From: Verrucomicrobiaceae bacterium
Lineage (GTDB): Bacteria; Verrucomicrobiota; Verrucomicrobiia; Verrucomicrobiales; Akkermansiaceae
DNA length: 64,000 nt
Assembly: GCA_051252135.1 (NCBI GenBank)
Contig: JBPOGH010000015.1
Location: forward strand, 60,848-124,847
Direction of reading: 5' to 3'
The notes below the pieces were generated by a model. It searched no databases. It had not been told where the DNA came from and saw only the letters and a list, made by a program, of their open reading frames with translations. Shown piece by piece: positions 27,627 to 38,628 of the stretch. Position 1 is the first letter of the stretch; the number at the start of each line of letters is the position of its first letter. The position numbers and the translations under genes were made by a program.

Positions 27627-28891
27627 CGGATACTCCAGAGGTGCTTGGCACCGCGCAGGATCAGTGATCCATCAGCCACAATCGGCGAAGCGATAACAGC
27701 TTCGCCGATTCTATTTTCCGTGATCTCTCCCAACCCGTCATCCTTCACCTCCGCGATGATGACCACCCCATCCTCACGGGGACAGCAAAGCTGGTTCCCC
27801 ACCAGGATCGGAGACGCGTAATAGGTGCTGGGCGATTTGGGCAGCTTGCCTTCCCAACGCGTATCGCCGGTCTTCGCATCCACGCAGAGCACGAGCCCGC
27901 GATCCTTACCCCGATCGACCAACAAATAAACTTTCCCATCCCGCGCAACAGGCGTTGCCGCATCCGGCGCATGCACCTCCTTACGCCAAAGAACGCGCTC
28001 CTTCGTCACATCGCCACTCCCTCCGGCCTTGATCCCCATCAGATACTCTCCCCGGCCATGTGGCACCACCACGATCCCCTCGGTCACCACCGAGGAAGCA
28101 ATGGTCCGCCACATCCCCTTCGTCTCAGGATTGATCCCACCGCAAGTCCACAAAAGCTTCCCCGTCTTGGCTTCATGTCCGGTGACATGGTCTGCTCCAA
28201 AGCTGATCACCGTCTCCACCCCATCCACCTCAACCACATGCGGCGTGGTGTAACTATCCCCGGATTCCTTCTCAGTCTCAATATTACGATCGGTCTTCCA
28301 CACCTCCTCACCCGACTTGGGATCAAGAGCCACCAGATAGGAGTTCCCCTCCGTCTGCATCACCGCGATCACTACATTCCCCCCGGCCATCACCGGTGAA
28401 GTCCCCTGATCCCACCAAAGGTGATCCTTGCCGTATTTCTCCTGCAAATTGACTTCCCACTGCTTCTTCCCCTCCAAATCGGCACAAAGTACCCGACCTG
28501 ATTTAAAATATCCGATCACCCGTTCTCCATCGCTAACAGGCGATGAATTCGATCCGCTCCCCACCCTCTGGCCCCGGCCCGGCGTTTGCTTACCCGAAAC
28601 CAACCGCCAGCGCTCCTTGCCCTTGAGATCATAAGAAATCAGAGCATCGTTACCGTCAATCGGACTGGTCAAATAAAGCGCACCCCCCACTTCGATCGGT
28701 GTCGAGCACCCCCGGTCCGGAAGCTCAGCCTTCCACGAAACCCCACTCCCGTCCGCCGAAAAGCTCTTCGCAATCACTCCTTTATCCAGCGAACCATTCC
28801 CGTTCGGTCCCCGCCACGAGTTCCATTCCGCACCAGCCACGGAAATAAGAATGGAAGTGACCGCAATTGCAGATGTGAGCGAAGATTTCAT
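27623..28891 (-). CDS. Secreted PQQ-binding-like beta-propeller repeat protein
   Basis: Signal peptide, WNSWRGPNGNG, repeated SSP/TP..G and ALD..SGE..W motifs typical of the PVC family. Confidence 0.87.
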   Translation of the reverse strand: MKSSLTSAIAVTSILISVAGAEWNSWRGPNGNGSLDKGVIAKSFSADGSGVSWKAELPDRGCSTPIEVGGALYLTSPIDGNDALISYDLKGKERWRLVSGKQTPGRGQRVGSGSNSSPVSDGERVIGYFKSGRVLCADLEGKKQWEVNLQEKYGKDHLWWDQGTSPVMAGGNVVIAVMQTEGNSYLVALDPKSGEEVWKTDRNIETEKESGDSYTTPHVVEVDGVETVISFGADHVTGHEAKTGKLLWTCGGINPETKGMWRTIASSVVTEGIVVVPHGRGEYLMGIKAGGSGDVTKERVLWRKEVHAPDAATPVARDGKVYLLVDRGKDRGLVLCVDAKTGDTRWEGKLPKSPSTYYASPILVGNQLCCPREDGVVIIAEVKDDGLGEITENRIGEAVIASPIVADGSLILRGAKHLWSIR

Positions 28892-28980
28892 CCGCCCAAC
28901 CTATCTCGACCTGCGCGCTCTCCAAGCAAGAAATCCAGTCTCGGGCTGGTCCTCTCCCCCTCTTTCGCTATCATCCTTTC

Positions 28981-29952
28981 GTGGATAAGTTGGCATTGGC
29001 AAAAAGCGTCATCAAAACCGAGATCGCAGCACTCGAAAGGCTCATCGAAAATCTCGATGAACAGTTCACCAACGCCGTGGACTCACTGCAGGAGACCCTC
29101 GCCGCCCGCTCCAAGATCGTCGTCGCCGGCATCGGTAAATCCGGAAACATCGGACATAAGATCGCCGCCACCCTCACCTCAACCGGAGCCACGTCCGTTG
29201 TCCTCAATTCCCAAAACGCCCTTCACGGCGACCTCGGACTCCTCTCCGATGGCGACGCCGTCATCCTTCTCTCTCAATCCGGCGAAACCGAAGAGCTCCT
29301 CAACCTCCTTCCCTACATCAAGCGATACCAGGTCAGCATCATCACCCTGACCGGCAAGCCAGACTCCACCCTCGGCAAAAATAGCGACTTCATCCTCAAC
29401 ACCAGCGTCCCCCGCGAGGCCTGCCCTCTCAACCTCGCCCCCACCTCATCCTCCACCGCCATGCTCGCCATGGGAGACGCCCTCGCCATGGTCCTCCTCG
29501 AAGCTCGCGGCTTCACCGAAGCGGATTTTGCCAAATTCCACCCCGGAGGCAGCCTCGGTCGCGCCCTTCTCATCCGCGTCTCCGAGATCATGCGTAGCGG
29601 GGACCACCTCGCTATCGTCACTCCCGTCGCCACCGTTCAGGAAGCTCTCGCCGCCATGACCGCAAAACGCTCCGGAGCCTGCCTCGTCCTCACCGGAGAC
29701 GATCTCCTCGCTGGCATCTTCACTCATGGTGACTTCGCCCGCGCCTTCCAGAATGAACCTCAATTGGGGGCATTACCCGTCTCCAACTACATGACGGCCA
29801 ATCCCGTCACCGTCTCGGCAGACGCCATCGCAGCCGAAGCCGTAGCCACCATCGGCAGCAAAAAAATCGACGACGTCGTCGTCGTCGATGCCACCGGCAA
29901 GCCCGTCGGCATCATCGACTCGCAGGATTTCGCCCGGCACAAGATCATCTAA
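28981..29952 (+). CDS. kdsD: KpsF/GutQ family arabinose-5-phosphate isomerase
   Basis: [54 protein letters not shown] pair. Confidence 0.92.
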   Translation: MDKLALAKSVIKTEIAALERLIENLDEQFTNAVDSLQETLAARSKIVVAGIGKSGNIGHKIAATLTSTGATSVVLNSQNALHGDLGLLSDGDAVILLSQSGETEELLNLLPYIKRYQVSIITLTGKPDSTLGKNSDFILNTSVPREACPLNLAPTSSSTAMLAMGDALAMVLLEARGFTEADFAKFHPGGSLGRALLIRVSEIMRSGDHLAIVTPVATVQEALAAMTAKRSGACLVLTGDDLLAGIFTHGDFARAFQNEPQLGALPVSNYMTANPVTVSADAIAAEAVATIGSKKIDDVVVVDATGKPVGIIDSQDFARHKII

Positions 29953-31166
29953 CCGATAAAGATCCCCGCCAGCGCCGCACTCGTCAGATTGGCCAGCGTT
30001 GCCGCAAAAACCGCCCGTAATCCCATCCGCGCGATCTCAGGCCTCCGGCTCGGTGCCATCACTCCCAACCCTCCAAGGAGAATCGCGATCGATGACAGAT
30101 TGGCGAAACCGCAAAGCGCAAACACCACGATCCCCTGGGTCCGGGGCGTCAGGGTCTCGTAGATCGCATGGTATTCCACAAAGGCCACAAACTCGTTGAG
30201 CACCAGCTTCTGCCCGATCAAACTCCCCACCTGCTGCAACTCGTTGGCCCCCACCCCAAGCAGCCAGGCCACCGGCGAAAAGACTTTTCCCAGAATCAAC
30301 TGAAGGCTCAATTGCCCATTTCCAAACCACCCTCCCATCGTCCCCAACAGGAGATTCACCACCGCAATTAAACCAATAAAGGCCAACAACATCGCGCCCA
30401 CATTAAGCGCCAGCTTCAGCCCGCTCGCCGCCCCCAGCGCCGCCGCATCAAAAACATTCACCGGCGCCTCGTCCCCGTCCGCCAGACTAATCGGACCGTC
30501 ATTGGGTCGATCCACCTCTGGCTTGAGCAGCTTGGCATACAGAAGCCCCGCAGGCGCCGCCATAAAGCACGCCGCCAAAAGATAATCCATCCGCGCTCCC
30601 AAGCCCGCATATCCCGCCAGCACCGACCCCGCAACACTCGCCAGGCCACCCACCATCACTGCAAAAAGCTCGGACGAGGTCATCCGCGGCAAAAAAGGAC
30701 GAATCACCAGCGGAGCCTCGGTCTGCCCCACAAAAATATTAGCCGAGGCCGAGAACGACTCCGCCCGACTCGTCCCCAGCAACTTCCGCAACCCTCCACC
30801 CACAAATCGAATCACCACCTGCATCACCTTGAGATGGTAGAGCACCGCGATCAGCGAAGAGAAAAAGATGATCACCGGCAGCACCCGGAACGCGAAAACA
30901 AATCCCACCGCTTCATCCCGCGCAATATCCCCAAAGAGAAACACAATCCCCTCCTGCCCCGCCAGGATCACCGCATTCACCACCCCCGTCAGCCACGTCA
31001 GCGCCATCTTCCCTTCTGCCGACCACAGCACCCACACCGCAATCATCACCTGAAGCGCAAACGCCCCTCCCACCGTCCGCCAACGAATCGCCTTCCGGTT
31101 CTCGGAAAAGGCATAACCAATCCCCAGCAGGACAAAAACCCCCAGCACACTGATCCATCGCTCCAT
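29949..31166 (-). CDS. nupC: NupC/CNT family nucleoside transporter
   Basis: [46 protein letters not shown]. Start placed at MERWIS. Confidence 0.92.
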   Translation of the reverse strand: MERWISVLGVFVLLGIGYAFSENRKAIRWRTVGGAFALQVMIAVWVLWSAEGKMALTWLTGVVNAVILAGQEGIVFLFGDIARDEAVGFVFAFRVLPVIIFFSSLIAVLYHLKVMQVVIRFVGGGLRKLLGTSRAESFSASANIFVGQTEAPLVIRPFLPRMTSSELFAVMVGGLASVAGSVLAGYAGLGARMDYLLAACFMAAPAGLLYAKLLKPEVDRPNDGPISLADGDEAPVNVFDAAALGAASGLKLALNVGAMLLAFIGLIAVVNLLLGTMGGWFGNGQLSLQLILGKVFSPVAWLLGVGANELQQVGSLIGQKLVLNEFVAFVEYHAIYETLTPRTQGIVVFALCGFANLSSIAILLGGLGVMAPSRRPEIARMGLRAVFAATLANLTSAALAGIFIG

Positions 31167-31212
31167 GATCCCTATCGTCCCCAGTCTCGCGGGACATGTC
31201 GAGCAGCAGCAC

Positions 31213-31251
31213 AAAAAAAACCACCTCCGGAACACTCTCCGAAGGTGGTTT
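31213..31251 (-). terminator. Intrinsic terminator after bamA
   Basis: Minus strand AAACCACCTTCGGA..TCCGGAGGTGG followed by an 8-T run. Confidence 0.8.
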
Positions 31252-31269
31252 GGTAAATTACGTCGCCTC

Positions 31270-33627
31270 TTAGAACTGGTAGTTCAAGTAGAAGTTAAAC
31301 TGTCCACCCTTGTCCGCAACCGGATCGGGAGACTGCACCGGAATGGCCCAATCCACCGCCAGTGGACCGAAGGGCAAATCCAAACGCACACCCACACCCA
31401 CGTCGCTCGCCAAATCGCTCGCACCGAAGTCCCACGATTCCTTGTTCACAAAACCCATGTCGTAGAACACCGCACCTCGCACGGTGTCGACCAGCGGGAA
31501 GGTATACTCAAGGGAGGCAAACGCGCTCGTGTTACCACCCAGGACGTCTCCCGTTCCTCCGGGACCGTTGTCACGGGGCCCGATGTCGCGGAACTCAAAG
31601 CCACGAAGGTCACGCTGACCTCCCAGCATCTGGCGCTCAAAGATCGGCACCCCTTTGCTTCCGCTGAACTCATCCACCACATTCATCGCCCCACGCAGGG
31701 TCAGGATGGTGTCACCCGCAAGATTCCAGTGCTTGGAACCCGCTGCCGAGAAGGTGTAGGTGTCGACATCCCCACCGAGGAATCCTCCCGCAAGGGTCAG
31801 ACCGACATCGAACTTGTGCCCTTTCCGCGGAGTCACGTTGCTGTCACGGCTGTCATAAACATAATTGACCCCAATCGAACTGCGCAGGAAATCTCCTCCG
31901 AGAGCCTTAAAGGCCGGACTCGTCGTCGCCTCGGGATCCACTTCGATATTCTCCAGACGATACTCACCCTTGATGTAGGCTTTCCGGCCCACCGGCTTAC
32001 GGATGAACACCGATCCACCCACGTTGGTTTGATCATACTGGTCACTCAAGTAGAGCAAATCACGGTAGTAAAGTTCCGTTCCCAGCGAGAGCTTGCGACC
32101 CAAAAACCACGGCTCGGTCAGGGAAACCCGGAAGTCCTTCCGCTCCGTTCCCGCACGCAGGCTCATGTTGAAACGCTGACCCGCTCCCGTGAAGTTCCAC
32201 GGATTGAAAAGGTTGAAGTTGGCCTGCTCCAGACTGATGAATCCCACCACGCTGTCGATCGAGCTCAGCCCCATCCCGAAGTTGATCGAACCCGTCTTCT
32301 TCTCGTCCACCAGGATGTTGACGTCACGGTATCCCGGCTGGCTGCTGCCACCATTGGTCACCTGCACATCTGAGAAATAGTTGAGGTTCTGCAAGCGACG
32401 CTTCGTCGTCTCCAGATCCACCGAGTTGAAGTTCTCACCCGGACGCATCGGTAGCTCACGGCGAATCACCCGGTCCTGACTCTTCACGTTGCCCTGGATA
32501 TTGACGCGACCCACTTTGAATCGGCGACCCGGAGTGACGCGGTAGAAAATGTTGACCCGATTCCCTTCCGCTTCACGCACATCGGGAACCACCGCCGCAT
32601 CCGCGTAACCACGTGATCCGTAGTAGCTGCGAATCATCCGGATATCATCACGAACCTTTCTCGAGGAATAAGGCATTCCCGCCACCAGACTCAGGGCAGG
32701 CTCCAGCTCCTCCGGCGTAAACACCTTGATCGAGGGGAATTTCACCGCATTCACCGTGTATTTCGGACCTTCCTGAATCGGAATCACCAGATCAACCCGA
32801 TCTCCCTTCACAGGAACACGCTGGGGAACCCCCACTTTCACCCGCCAGTAACCTTCGCTGCGATAGTAATCCGCGATCTTGTTCAAATCCTCATCCAGAG
32901 CCACCGTATCGATCCGGCCGGACTTCGTGAAGAAGGAGAACCATCCCTTTTGCTTCGTGTCCATCTCCTTGCGAAGGTCCGCATCCCGGAGAGCATTGTT
33001 TCCCTCAAAGCGAATCTTGCCCACCTCGCTCTTGTCTCCCTCATCCACCAGGAACACCAGATCGGCATAACCCGGACGCTCGGTCGCCTGCAGGCGGTGC
33101 GATACCCCCACATCGGGATATCCGTATCCCTGATAAAGTTTCTCAATATTGCGACGCGCCTCAAGAATCTGCTCGTCACTCAGAATCTGCCCGACTCCCA
33201 GCTTGGTCTCATTCGCCAGCTTCCGGTCGGAAAAGGTCGTGTTCCCGTCAAAGCCCAATCCGTTGATCAACGGGCGGGTCACCACTTCCGCGATCACCTT
33301 CACCCCGCCGGCCACACTCTCGGCATAGAATTGAATATCATCCACCAAGCCGCTGGAATAAAGGGTGCGAATGTCCTCGTCCAACATCGTCTGGCTGTAG
33401 CTCTTACCCGGAGACACCGCCATGTGGGTCCGCAGACGCGCTTCGTTCACCGTCTTGGCGCCCCGATAACGGATCGTCACATCCTTGACGGTCTTCCCTT
33501 CAAACTGACCTGCCTCCAGCAGAAAATTCTGCCCGGAGGCTGTCGGGACAAAGCTCGGAGCGGTCGATAGGACCACCCCCACTCCGAGTAGGAAGACTGC
33601 GCGTTGCGCTAAAAAACGTAAGGACAT
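31270..33627 (-). CDS. bamA: Outer membrane protein assembly factor BamA
   Basis: POTRA repeats, VIRRE, LRGF motif, C-terminal ...FNFYLNYQF. Start placed at MSLRFL. Confidence 0.95.
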   Translation of the reverse strand: MSLRFLAQRAVFLLGVGVVLSTAPSFVPTASGQNFLLEAGQFEGKTVKDVTIRYRGAKTVNEARLRTHMAVSPGKSYSQTMLDEDIRTLYSSGLVDDIQFYAESVAGGVKVIAEVVTRPLINGLGFDGNTTFSDRKLANETKLGVGQILSDEQILEARRNIEKLYQGYGYPDVGVSHRLQATERPGYADLVFLVDEGDKSEVGKIRFEGNNALRDADLRKEMDTKQKGWFSFFTKSGRIDTVALDEDLNKIADYYRSEGYWRVKVGVPQRVPVKGDRVDLVIPIQEGPKYTVNAVKFPSIKVFTPEELEPALSLVAGMPYSSRKVRDDIRMIRSYYGSRGYADAAVVPDVREAEGNRVNIFYRVTPGRRFKVGRVNIQGNVKSQDRVIRRELPMRPGENFNSVDLETTKRRLQNLNYFSDVQVTNGGSSQPGYRDVNILVDEKKTGSINFGMGLSSIDSVVGFISLEQANFNLFNPWNFTGAGQRFNMSLRAGTERKDFRVSLTEPWFLGRKLSLGTELYYRDLLYLSDQYDQTNVGGSVFIRKPVGRKAYIKGEYRLENIEVDPEATTSPAFKALGGDFLRSSIGVNYVYDSRDSNVTPRKGHKFDVGLTLAGGFLGGDVDTYTFSAAGSKHWNLAGDTILTLRGAMNVVDEFSGSKGVPIFERQMLGGQRDLRGFEFRDIGPRDNGPGGTGDVLGGNTSAFASLEYTFPLVDTVRGAVFYDMGFVNKESWDFGASDLASDVGVGVRLDLPFGPLAVDWAIPVQSPDPVADKGGQFNFYLNYQF

Positions 33628-33740
33628 GGGTATAGTGTAAAAATGCTGGGGAATTACGCACATCAGCCCCCCGCCACGTCAAGAGGAATGAAACACCTTC
33701 CCTCAGGACTTATCCCCAAAAAAATCCCCTTCCCCCTCCC

Positions 33741-33769
33741 TTGACCTCTCTCAAGTTCCTCACTAGCGT
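33741..33769 (+). promoter_or_regulatory. Putative sigma70-type promoter of tig-clpP
   Basis: TTGACC-N17-TAGCGT ending 32 nt upstream of the tig ATG. Confidence 0.55.
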
Positions 33770-33801
33770 CTCGCCCGCATCACTAACGATTAAAAATTTT
33801 C

Positions 33802-35133
33802 ATGAACATCCGTGTCGAGAAACAGCCCAATTGCCTTGCCGCTCTAAGTGCCGAGGTTCCCTCCGAGACCGTCTCCAAAGAGCGCGACCAGATCATTAAG
33901 GCATTCATGCGCCAGGCCCGTATCCCAGGATACCGCCCGGGGAAGGCTCCTGTATCTGTCATCGAGAAGCATCACGGTGAGGCCATCGCCCAGGAACTGG
34001 AGTCCAGACTCTTCCAAAACAGCTTCCAGCAAGCCGTCAAGGAGAACGAGGACCTCAACATCCTCAACGTCATGCCTCCCAAGAACGTCACCCACGCGGC
34101 CGACGGTTCCTTCAGCTTCGATGCCGAGCTCGTCCTCGCTCCCTCCTTTGAACTCCCCGAATACAAGGGCATCGAGATCGAAGTCCCCAAGCTCGATGTC
34201 ACCGATGAAAACATCGACGACAGCCTCGAGCAACTCCGTCAGCGCTTTGCAGACTACGAGGACATCGAAGGCCGCGGCGCCGAAAAGGGCGACCTCGTCA
34301 TCATCGACTACACCGGCACCTCCGATGGCAAGCCCCTCGATGAGATCGCGGGCGAACAAGCCAAACCCCTCGCCTCCAATGAAGGATACTGGATTCGCAT
34401 CGAGGAAGAAGCCTTCTTCCCCGGCTTCACCGATGAACTCATCGGAGCCAAGCCCGGCGATGAAAAGGAAATCAACGTCACCCTCCCCAACGACTTCCCC
34501 CTCGAGGAACTCCGCGATAAGGAAGCCGTCTTCGCCGTCAAGGTCCACACCCTCAAAACCGAAGTCCTTCCCGAACTCAATGACGAGTTCGCCGCCAAAA
34601 TCGATCCCGGCAAAACCCTCGACGAGGTCAAAACCATCATCCGCGACGACCTCGAAATGCGCGCCAAGCGCCAAACCGAAGAAGCCAAGGTCAACGGCAT
34701 CGTGGAAAAACTCGCCAACCTCGTCGACTTCGACCTCCCCGAGGACATCGTCAAATCCGAGACCCAAAGCCAGGCCGACTCCATGGTTCAGGAAGGCATG
34801 CAGGCCGGAATGTCCCAGGATGACATCGAGAAACGCCAGGCCGACCTCTTTGAGGCCGCCGGAGTCCGCGCCCGCAATAGCATCAAAAACAACTTCCTCC
34901 TCCAGGAAATCGCCAAGGTCGAAGAACTCAAGGTCGAGTCCAACGAAGTCCTCGAGCGCGTCACCCTCATGGCCAAGCAGGCCAAGCAGCCGGTGAAGAA
35001 ATACATGAAGGAACTCCAGAAGAAGGGCCAAATCGGCAATATCCGCCAAAATATGCTCCTCAGCAAGGCGGTTGACTTTCTTGTAGAGCACGCGACCGTC
35101 ACCGAAGTTGAACCCACTTCAGAAGAAGCATAA
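33802..35133 (+). CDS. tig: Trigger factor
   Basis: IPGYRPGKAP ribosome-binding motif, FKBP-like domain, upstream of clpP. Confidence 0.95.
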   Translation: MNIRVEKQPNCLAALSAEVPSETVSKERDQIIKAFMRQARIPGYRPGKAPVSVIEKHHGEAIAQELESRLFQNSFQQAVKENEDLNILNVMPPKNVTHAADGSFSFDAELVLAPSFELPEYKGIEIEVPKLDVTDENIDDSLEQLRQRFADYEDIEGRGAEKGDLVIIDYTGTSDGKPLDEIAGEQAKPLASNEGYWIRIEEEAFFPGFTDELIGAKPGDEKEINVTLPNDFPLEELRDKEAVFAVKVHTLKTEVLPELNDEFAAKIDPGKTLDEVKTIIRDDLEMRAKRQTEEAKVNGIVEKLANLVDFDLPEDIVKSETQSQADSMVQEGMQAGMSQDDIEKRQADLFEAAGVRARNSIKNNFLLQEIAKVEELKVESNEVLERVTLMAKQAKQPVKKYMKELQKKGQIGNIRQNMLLSKAVDFLVEHATVTEVEPTSEEA

Positions 35134-35136
35134 ACG

Positions 35137-35799
35137 ATGAACGATTCCATTTCCAAAGGCGATTTCCCCTCCTCCCTCGGGCCGCAAAACAATTACTACA
35201 TCCCCACCGTCATCGAGTCCGATGGCCGGGGTGAGCGCGCCTATGACATCTACTCGCGTCTCCTCAAGGACCGCATCATCTTCATTGGAACGGGAATCGA
35301 CGATGGCGTAGCCAACTCCGTCATCGCCCAGATGCTCTTCCTCCAGATGCAGGACCCCAAAAAGGACATCCACATCTACATCAACTCCCCCGGAGGATCT
35401 GTCACCGCTGGCCTCGCCATCTATGACACCATGCAATTCCTTACCTGTGACGTGAACACCTACTGCATCGGAATCTGCGCCTCCATGGGCTCGGTCCTCC
35501 TCACCGCAGGAACCAAGGGCAAGCGCTTCGCTCTCCCCAACTCCCACGTCATGATCCACCAGGTCTCCGGTGGAGCACAAGGAACCGCCGCTGATGTCGA
35601 ACGCACCGTCGAGTTCATGTACTCCCTCAAGCGCCGCCTCAACGACATCCTCGCCCACCACTGTGGCAAGACCTCGGAAGAGCTCGAAACCGCTTCAGAC
35701 CGGGATAACTACATGTCCGCCGAGGAATCCGTCACCTTTGGCCTCGTCGACAAAGTCCTCGAGAACCGCTCCGAACTCCCCGCCCCCGAGGAAGCCTAG
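35137..35799 (+). CDS. clpP: ATP-dependent Clp protease proteolytic subunit
   Basis: [27 protein letters not shown] (catalytic Ser), [12 protein letters not shown]. Confidence 0.96.
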   Translation: MNDSISKGDFPSSLGPQNNYYIPTVIESDGRGERAYDIYSRLLKDRIIFIGTGIDDGVANSVIAQMLFLQMQDPKKDIHIYINSPGGSVTAGLAIYDTMQFLTCDVNTYCIGICASMGSVLLTAGTKGKRFALPNSHVMIHQVSGGAQGTAADVERTVEFMYSLKRRLNDILAHHCGKTSEELETASDRDNYMSAEESVTFGLVDKVLENRSELPAPEEA

Positions 35800-35821
35800 G
35801 CAAACGGAAAAACCATTCCCC

Positions 35822-35855
35822 AAAGCGCTGTCGGCCTCACCGACAGCGCTTTTTT
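35822..35855 (+). terminator. Intrinsic terminator after clpP
   Basis: AAAGCGCTGTCGG-CCTCA-CCGACAGCGCTTTTTT. Confidence 0.88.
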
Positions 35856-35986
35856 CATCCCCGAAAAAGGACCCGGCCCATCCTGCCCCCTTCACCACCC
35901 GTTGCGAAGCAACTCATGCCTCAAGGCTTCAGCAAACAAGCCTTCCTTCCGCAGGCATTCCCATAATTCGCGTTCCCTCCCCACCA

Positions 35987-36012
35987 GGCAGGGACGGCTT
36001 TCCAAGCCGTCC
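35987..36012 (+). repeat. REP-like palindrome
   Basis: GCAG followed by GGACGGCTT-TCC-AAGCCGTCC, with no U-tail. Confidence 0.6.
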
Positions 36013-36285
36013 GGCGGCTTCCACCCCCGCCTCCACCAAACCCTTCCTATCCTGATATTAAATGTTCCTCCCTCCCCCAACCAAGCCCCCCAACCTTCAT
36101 CCTGAAGCCTTCCACCCTAAGCCTTATTCCCCCTCCAATCCAAATTTCGTCCATTTCGTAATTTTCGTGGTTCCACTGCCCCCTACCACCAAGAACCTCC
36201 ACCAAAGGAAGCCACTTTTGCCCTTTCCCAAACCAGTGAGCAAACCTAGGATCCGATGAACTAATAAATACTGTTCTCTCTGGAA

Positions 36286-36678
36286 ATGAATCCTAAGCGG
36301 AAGAAGCGACTCTTTATTTCTGTGCTCTTTGTTGGGATAGTCCTTGGGCCGCTGATCTTGCTCATTCTGACTTCCCAGAATAGCCACCGATTTAATTGGG
36401 GATACCAGACCTGGAAATTGGGCTGGAGTGATTTTGAGCCAGAATATCTACAGTTTCTAACACAAGATGCGTTGCTTCGAGAGGAACTCGTCGGCAAGAG
36501 TCTTTCAGAAATCGAAAAACTCTTCCCAGACCTCCATGGGCCAGAAAGAGCAACTGATTACCAATCCTATTACTCAAGCTATATCGACCATCCCAACTAT
36601 CGATGGATTGGAGATTCAGCTTGGACGATTGAGCTGGAGGACGGACACGTTAAGGCCCTCCATATTTGGAAAGGCTAA
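36286..36678 (+). CDS. Hypothetical membrane-anchored protein with atypical composition
   Basis: Basic N-terminus plus TM helix; visibly AT-richer than its neighbours and without their C-ending codon bias. Confidence 0.65.
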   Translation: MNPKRKKRLFISVLFVGIVLGPLILLILTSQNSHRFNWGYQTWKLGWSDFEPEYLQFLTQDALLREELVGKSLSEIEKLFPDLHGPERATDYQSYYSSYIDHPNYRWIGDSAWTIELEDGHVKALHIWKG

Positions 36679-36705
36679 CAGCAAAGACGAGGATGAGAGA
36701 ATCAG

Positions 36706-36731
36706 GTAGGCGGTAGGTTCTAGCTACCGCC
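36706..36731 (+). repeat. GTAG-type REP-like palindrome
   Basis: GTAG overlapping the stem GGCGGTAG-GTTCTAG-CTACCGCC, between convergent genes. Confidence 0.6.
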
Positions 36732-36749
36732 CCGATCATCGCCGAAACC

Positions 36750-37997
36750 CTACCCTTCCGAAAACCCCGGAAGCGTCTCCCCAAGAATCTTCAGAATCGT
36801 CCGCTCCTCGCGTCCCCCTTCCGCCTCCAGATGCTCCCTGAGGTGCACAAACACCCGCTCCTTCACCAACGGCGGCAGTGACCGAAACGCCTTCGAATAG
36901 ATCATGTAGGAACAACGATACCGGAACAACCGGCTGTAGAGCCTCAAATCCACCAGACTCTTCCCCTCCTTCGTCTCCGGCGCAAAGGTCCGCAGCACCT
37001 TCGCAAATTCCTCACCGCCTTCCACCCCGTCGCCACCCAGCTGAACCTCATCGGCAAACGTCAGCCCACCCACAATTTCCTTCGCCGCCTGATCCGCCGT
37101 CTTCCAGGACATCCCCTCAGGGTCATCAAGGTCCGCCTCGGGATCAATCGACAGCTGAAAAAACACCGACCGCCGATACCCGTATTTCCCCTTCGTGATC
37201 AGGTTGTGCATCTGGCATTGATGCTCCAGCACCATCAGCGCCACGATATCGCTGCGCGGCGTCAGATACTTCGATGTATTGATCAATGAGGACACATCCT
37301 TAAGCGGCTCGCCCTTCATCGCCGGGAAATCAACATCGTCCATCCGGCTCTCCGGCACCCAGCGGTTCCCCAAATGCGGATCATCACTCGCCCCCGTCAC
37401 AAACCACCCTCCCCACCGCTCCTCCAGCGGCGTCGCATCCGTCACCAGCGATGTCCCTGCACTCAAAATCGGATGCGCATTCTTATCCGGCACCACCGAC
37501 CGAATAAACATCCCCGGAACTCCCTCGGTCCGCGAGGTCGCATGACAAGTCAGACACGCATCATTCGCCCGAACAAACCGGGGCCCCCCGCCACCCACCG
37601 GAGCCTCCACCGTATAAAATACCGGACCCAAAACCTCATCCTCGATAATGATCTCCACCTTCCCCCCAGGCACCCAGCCCACATACACATCCGGCGAAAA
37701 ATAAAGCGCCCGCGGGTTCCCCTGATTGATGATATCGATCTGAAAACTCGTCTTGGAAAACACCAACACCTGCGACTCCACCGGCACATTCAGCTTATCC
37801 AACACCGCCTCCAGAAACGCCTTCGAGTCCCCCGGCGGAATCACCCAGTCTCCCTTCTCCAACTCACGCGTCAACTTCGCCACCGCATCCTCCGATGCCG
37901 TCTCGGAATAATTAATCGGTGGAAGCTCAAAAAAATCCTGCCCCGCTTCCGCACTCATCGCGCACATCCCAAGCATCACCGCACAAGCCTTTGTCAT
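36750..37997 (-). CDS. Secreted c-type heme (CxxCH) protein of unknown function
   Basis: The ORF track labels this '+', but the + strand reads CTA at 36750 (TAG on minus) and the given translation matches the minus strand. Signal peptide MTKACAVMLGMCAMSAEA; CLTCH; VFSKTSFQ, NPRALYF, ERWGGWFVTG, SDIVALMVLEHQ. Confidence 0.82.
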   Translation of the reverse strand: MTKACAVMLGMCAMSAEAGQDFFELPPINYSETASEDAVAKLTRELEKGDWVIPPGDSKAFLEAVLDKLNVPVESQVLVFSKTSFQIDIINQGNPRALYFSPDVYVGWVPGGKVEIIIEDEVLGPVFYTVEAPVGGGGPRFVRANDACLTCHATSRTEGVPGMFIRSVVPDKNAHPILSAGTSLVTDATPLEERWGGWFVTGASDDPHLGNRWVPESRMDDVDFPAMKGEPLKDVSSLINTSKYLTPRSDIVALMVLEHQCQMHNLITKGKYGYRRSVFFQLSIDPEADLDDPEGMSWKTADQAAKEIVGGLTFADEVQLGGDGVEGGEEFAKVLRTFAPETKEGKSLVDLRLYSRLFRYRCSYMIYSKAFRSLPPLVKERVFVHLREHLEAEGGREERTILKILGETLPGFSEG

Positions 37998-38112
37998 CGT
38001 CGACACGCTCTCTAAACGTCCCCCCAACCATCGATCTTGCACGCCTCCCCGCCCGAAAACCCCGTGGCTCTCCTTGCTTGAATTGACCTTAATTGCTTGC
38101 ACGATCCTAATT

Positions 38113-38162
38113 GGTATTTTAAATACCTTTTTGTCAAGCCGCTAATCGGAGTTTTAAATACC
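38113..38162. promoter_or_regulatory. Two Rrf2/NsrR-like operator palindromes
   Basis: Perfect 7-1-7 palindrome GGTATTT-T-AAATACC at 38113-38127 and a second copy GGAGTTT-T-AAATACC at 38148-38162, just upstream of the Rrf2 ATG. Confidence 0.72.
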
Positions 38163-38169
38163 CATTCGA

Positions 38170-38628
38170 ATGAGAGCCAATTTCTACACCGAGTATGCCT
38201 TCCGCATCCTCCTCTATCTCCAGCTAAAACCCGGTGAACGGGTCACCATCCGGGAGATTGGCGAAAGCTTCGATATCTCGGTCAACCACCTCAACAAGGT
38301 CAGCCAACGATTGGCCAAAATGAACCTCGTCACCTCCACCCGTGGAAATGGCGGAGGCATCGAACTCGCCCCCGAAGCACTCAAGATCAAACTGGGCGAC
38401 CTCATGCGCTCCCTCGAACCCACCGCCGAAGTCGCCCAGTGCCAGGGCCTCGGCAGCCAACCCGGCTGCGTCATTTCACCCGTCTGCCGCCTCCGCGGCA
38501 TGTTCGCGGAAGCCCAGGACGCCTTCTACCAAAACCTCAACCAACGCACCGTGGGCGATCTCGTCACCGGCCAGCAACGCCAACTCTCCCGCCTCCTCCT
38601 CCCCGCCCTCAAGGATCGCAAATCGTGA
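38170..38628 (+). CDS. Rrf2 family transcriptional regulator (NsrR-like, three Cys)
   Basis: TEYAFRILLYL, ISVNHLNKV, STRGNGGGIEL; C-terminal C-x8-C-x5-C (CQGLGSQPGCVISPVC). Confidence 0.9.
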   Translation: MRANFYTEYAFRILLYLQLKPGERVTIREIGESFDISVNHLNKVSQRLAKMNLVTSTRGNGGGIELAPEALKIKLGDLMRSLEPTAEVAQCQGLGSQPGCVISPVCRLRGMFAEAQDAFYQNLNQRTVGDLVTGQQRQLSRLLLPALKDRKS

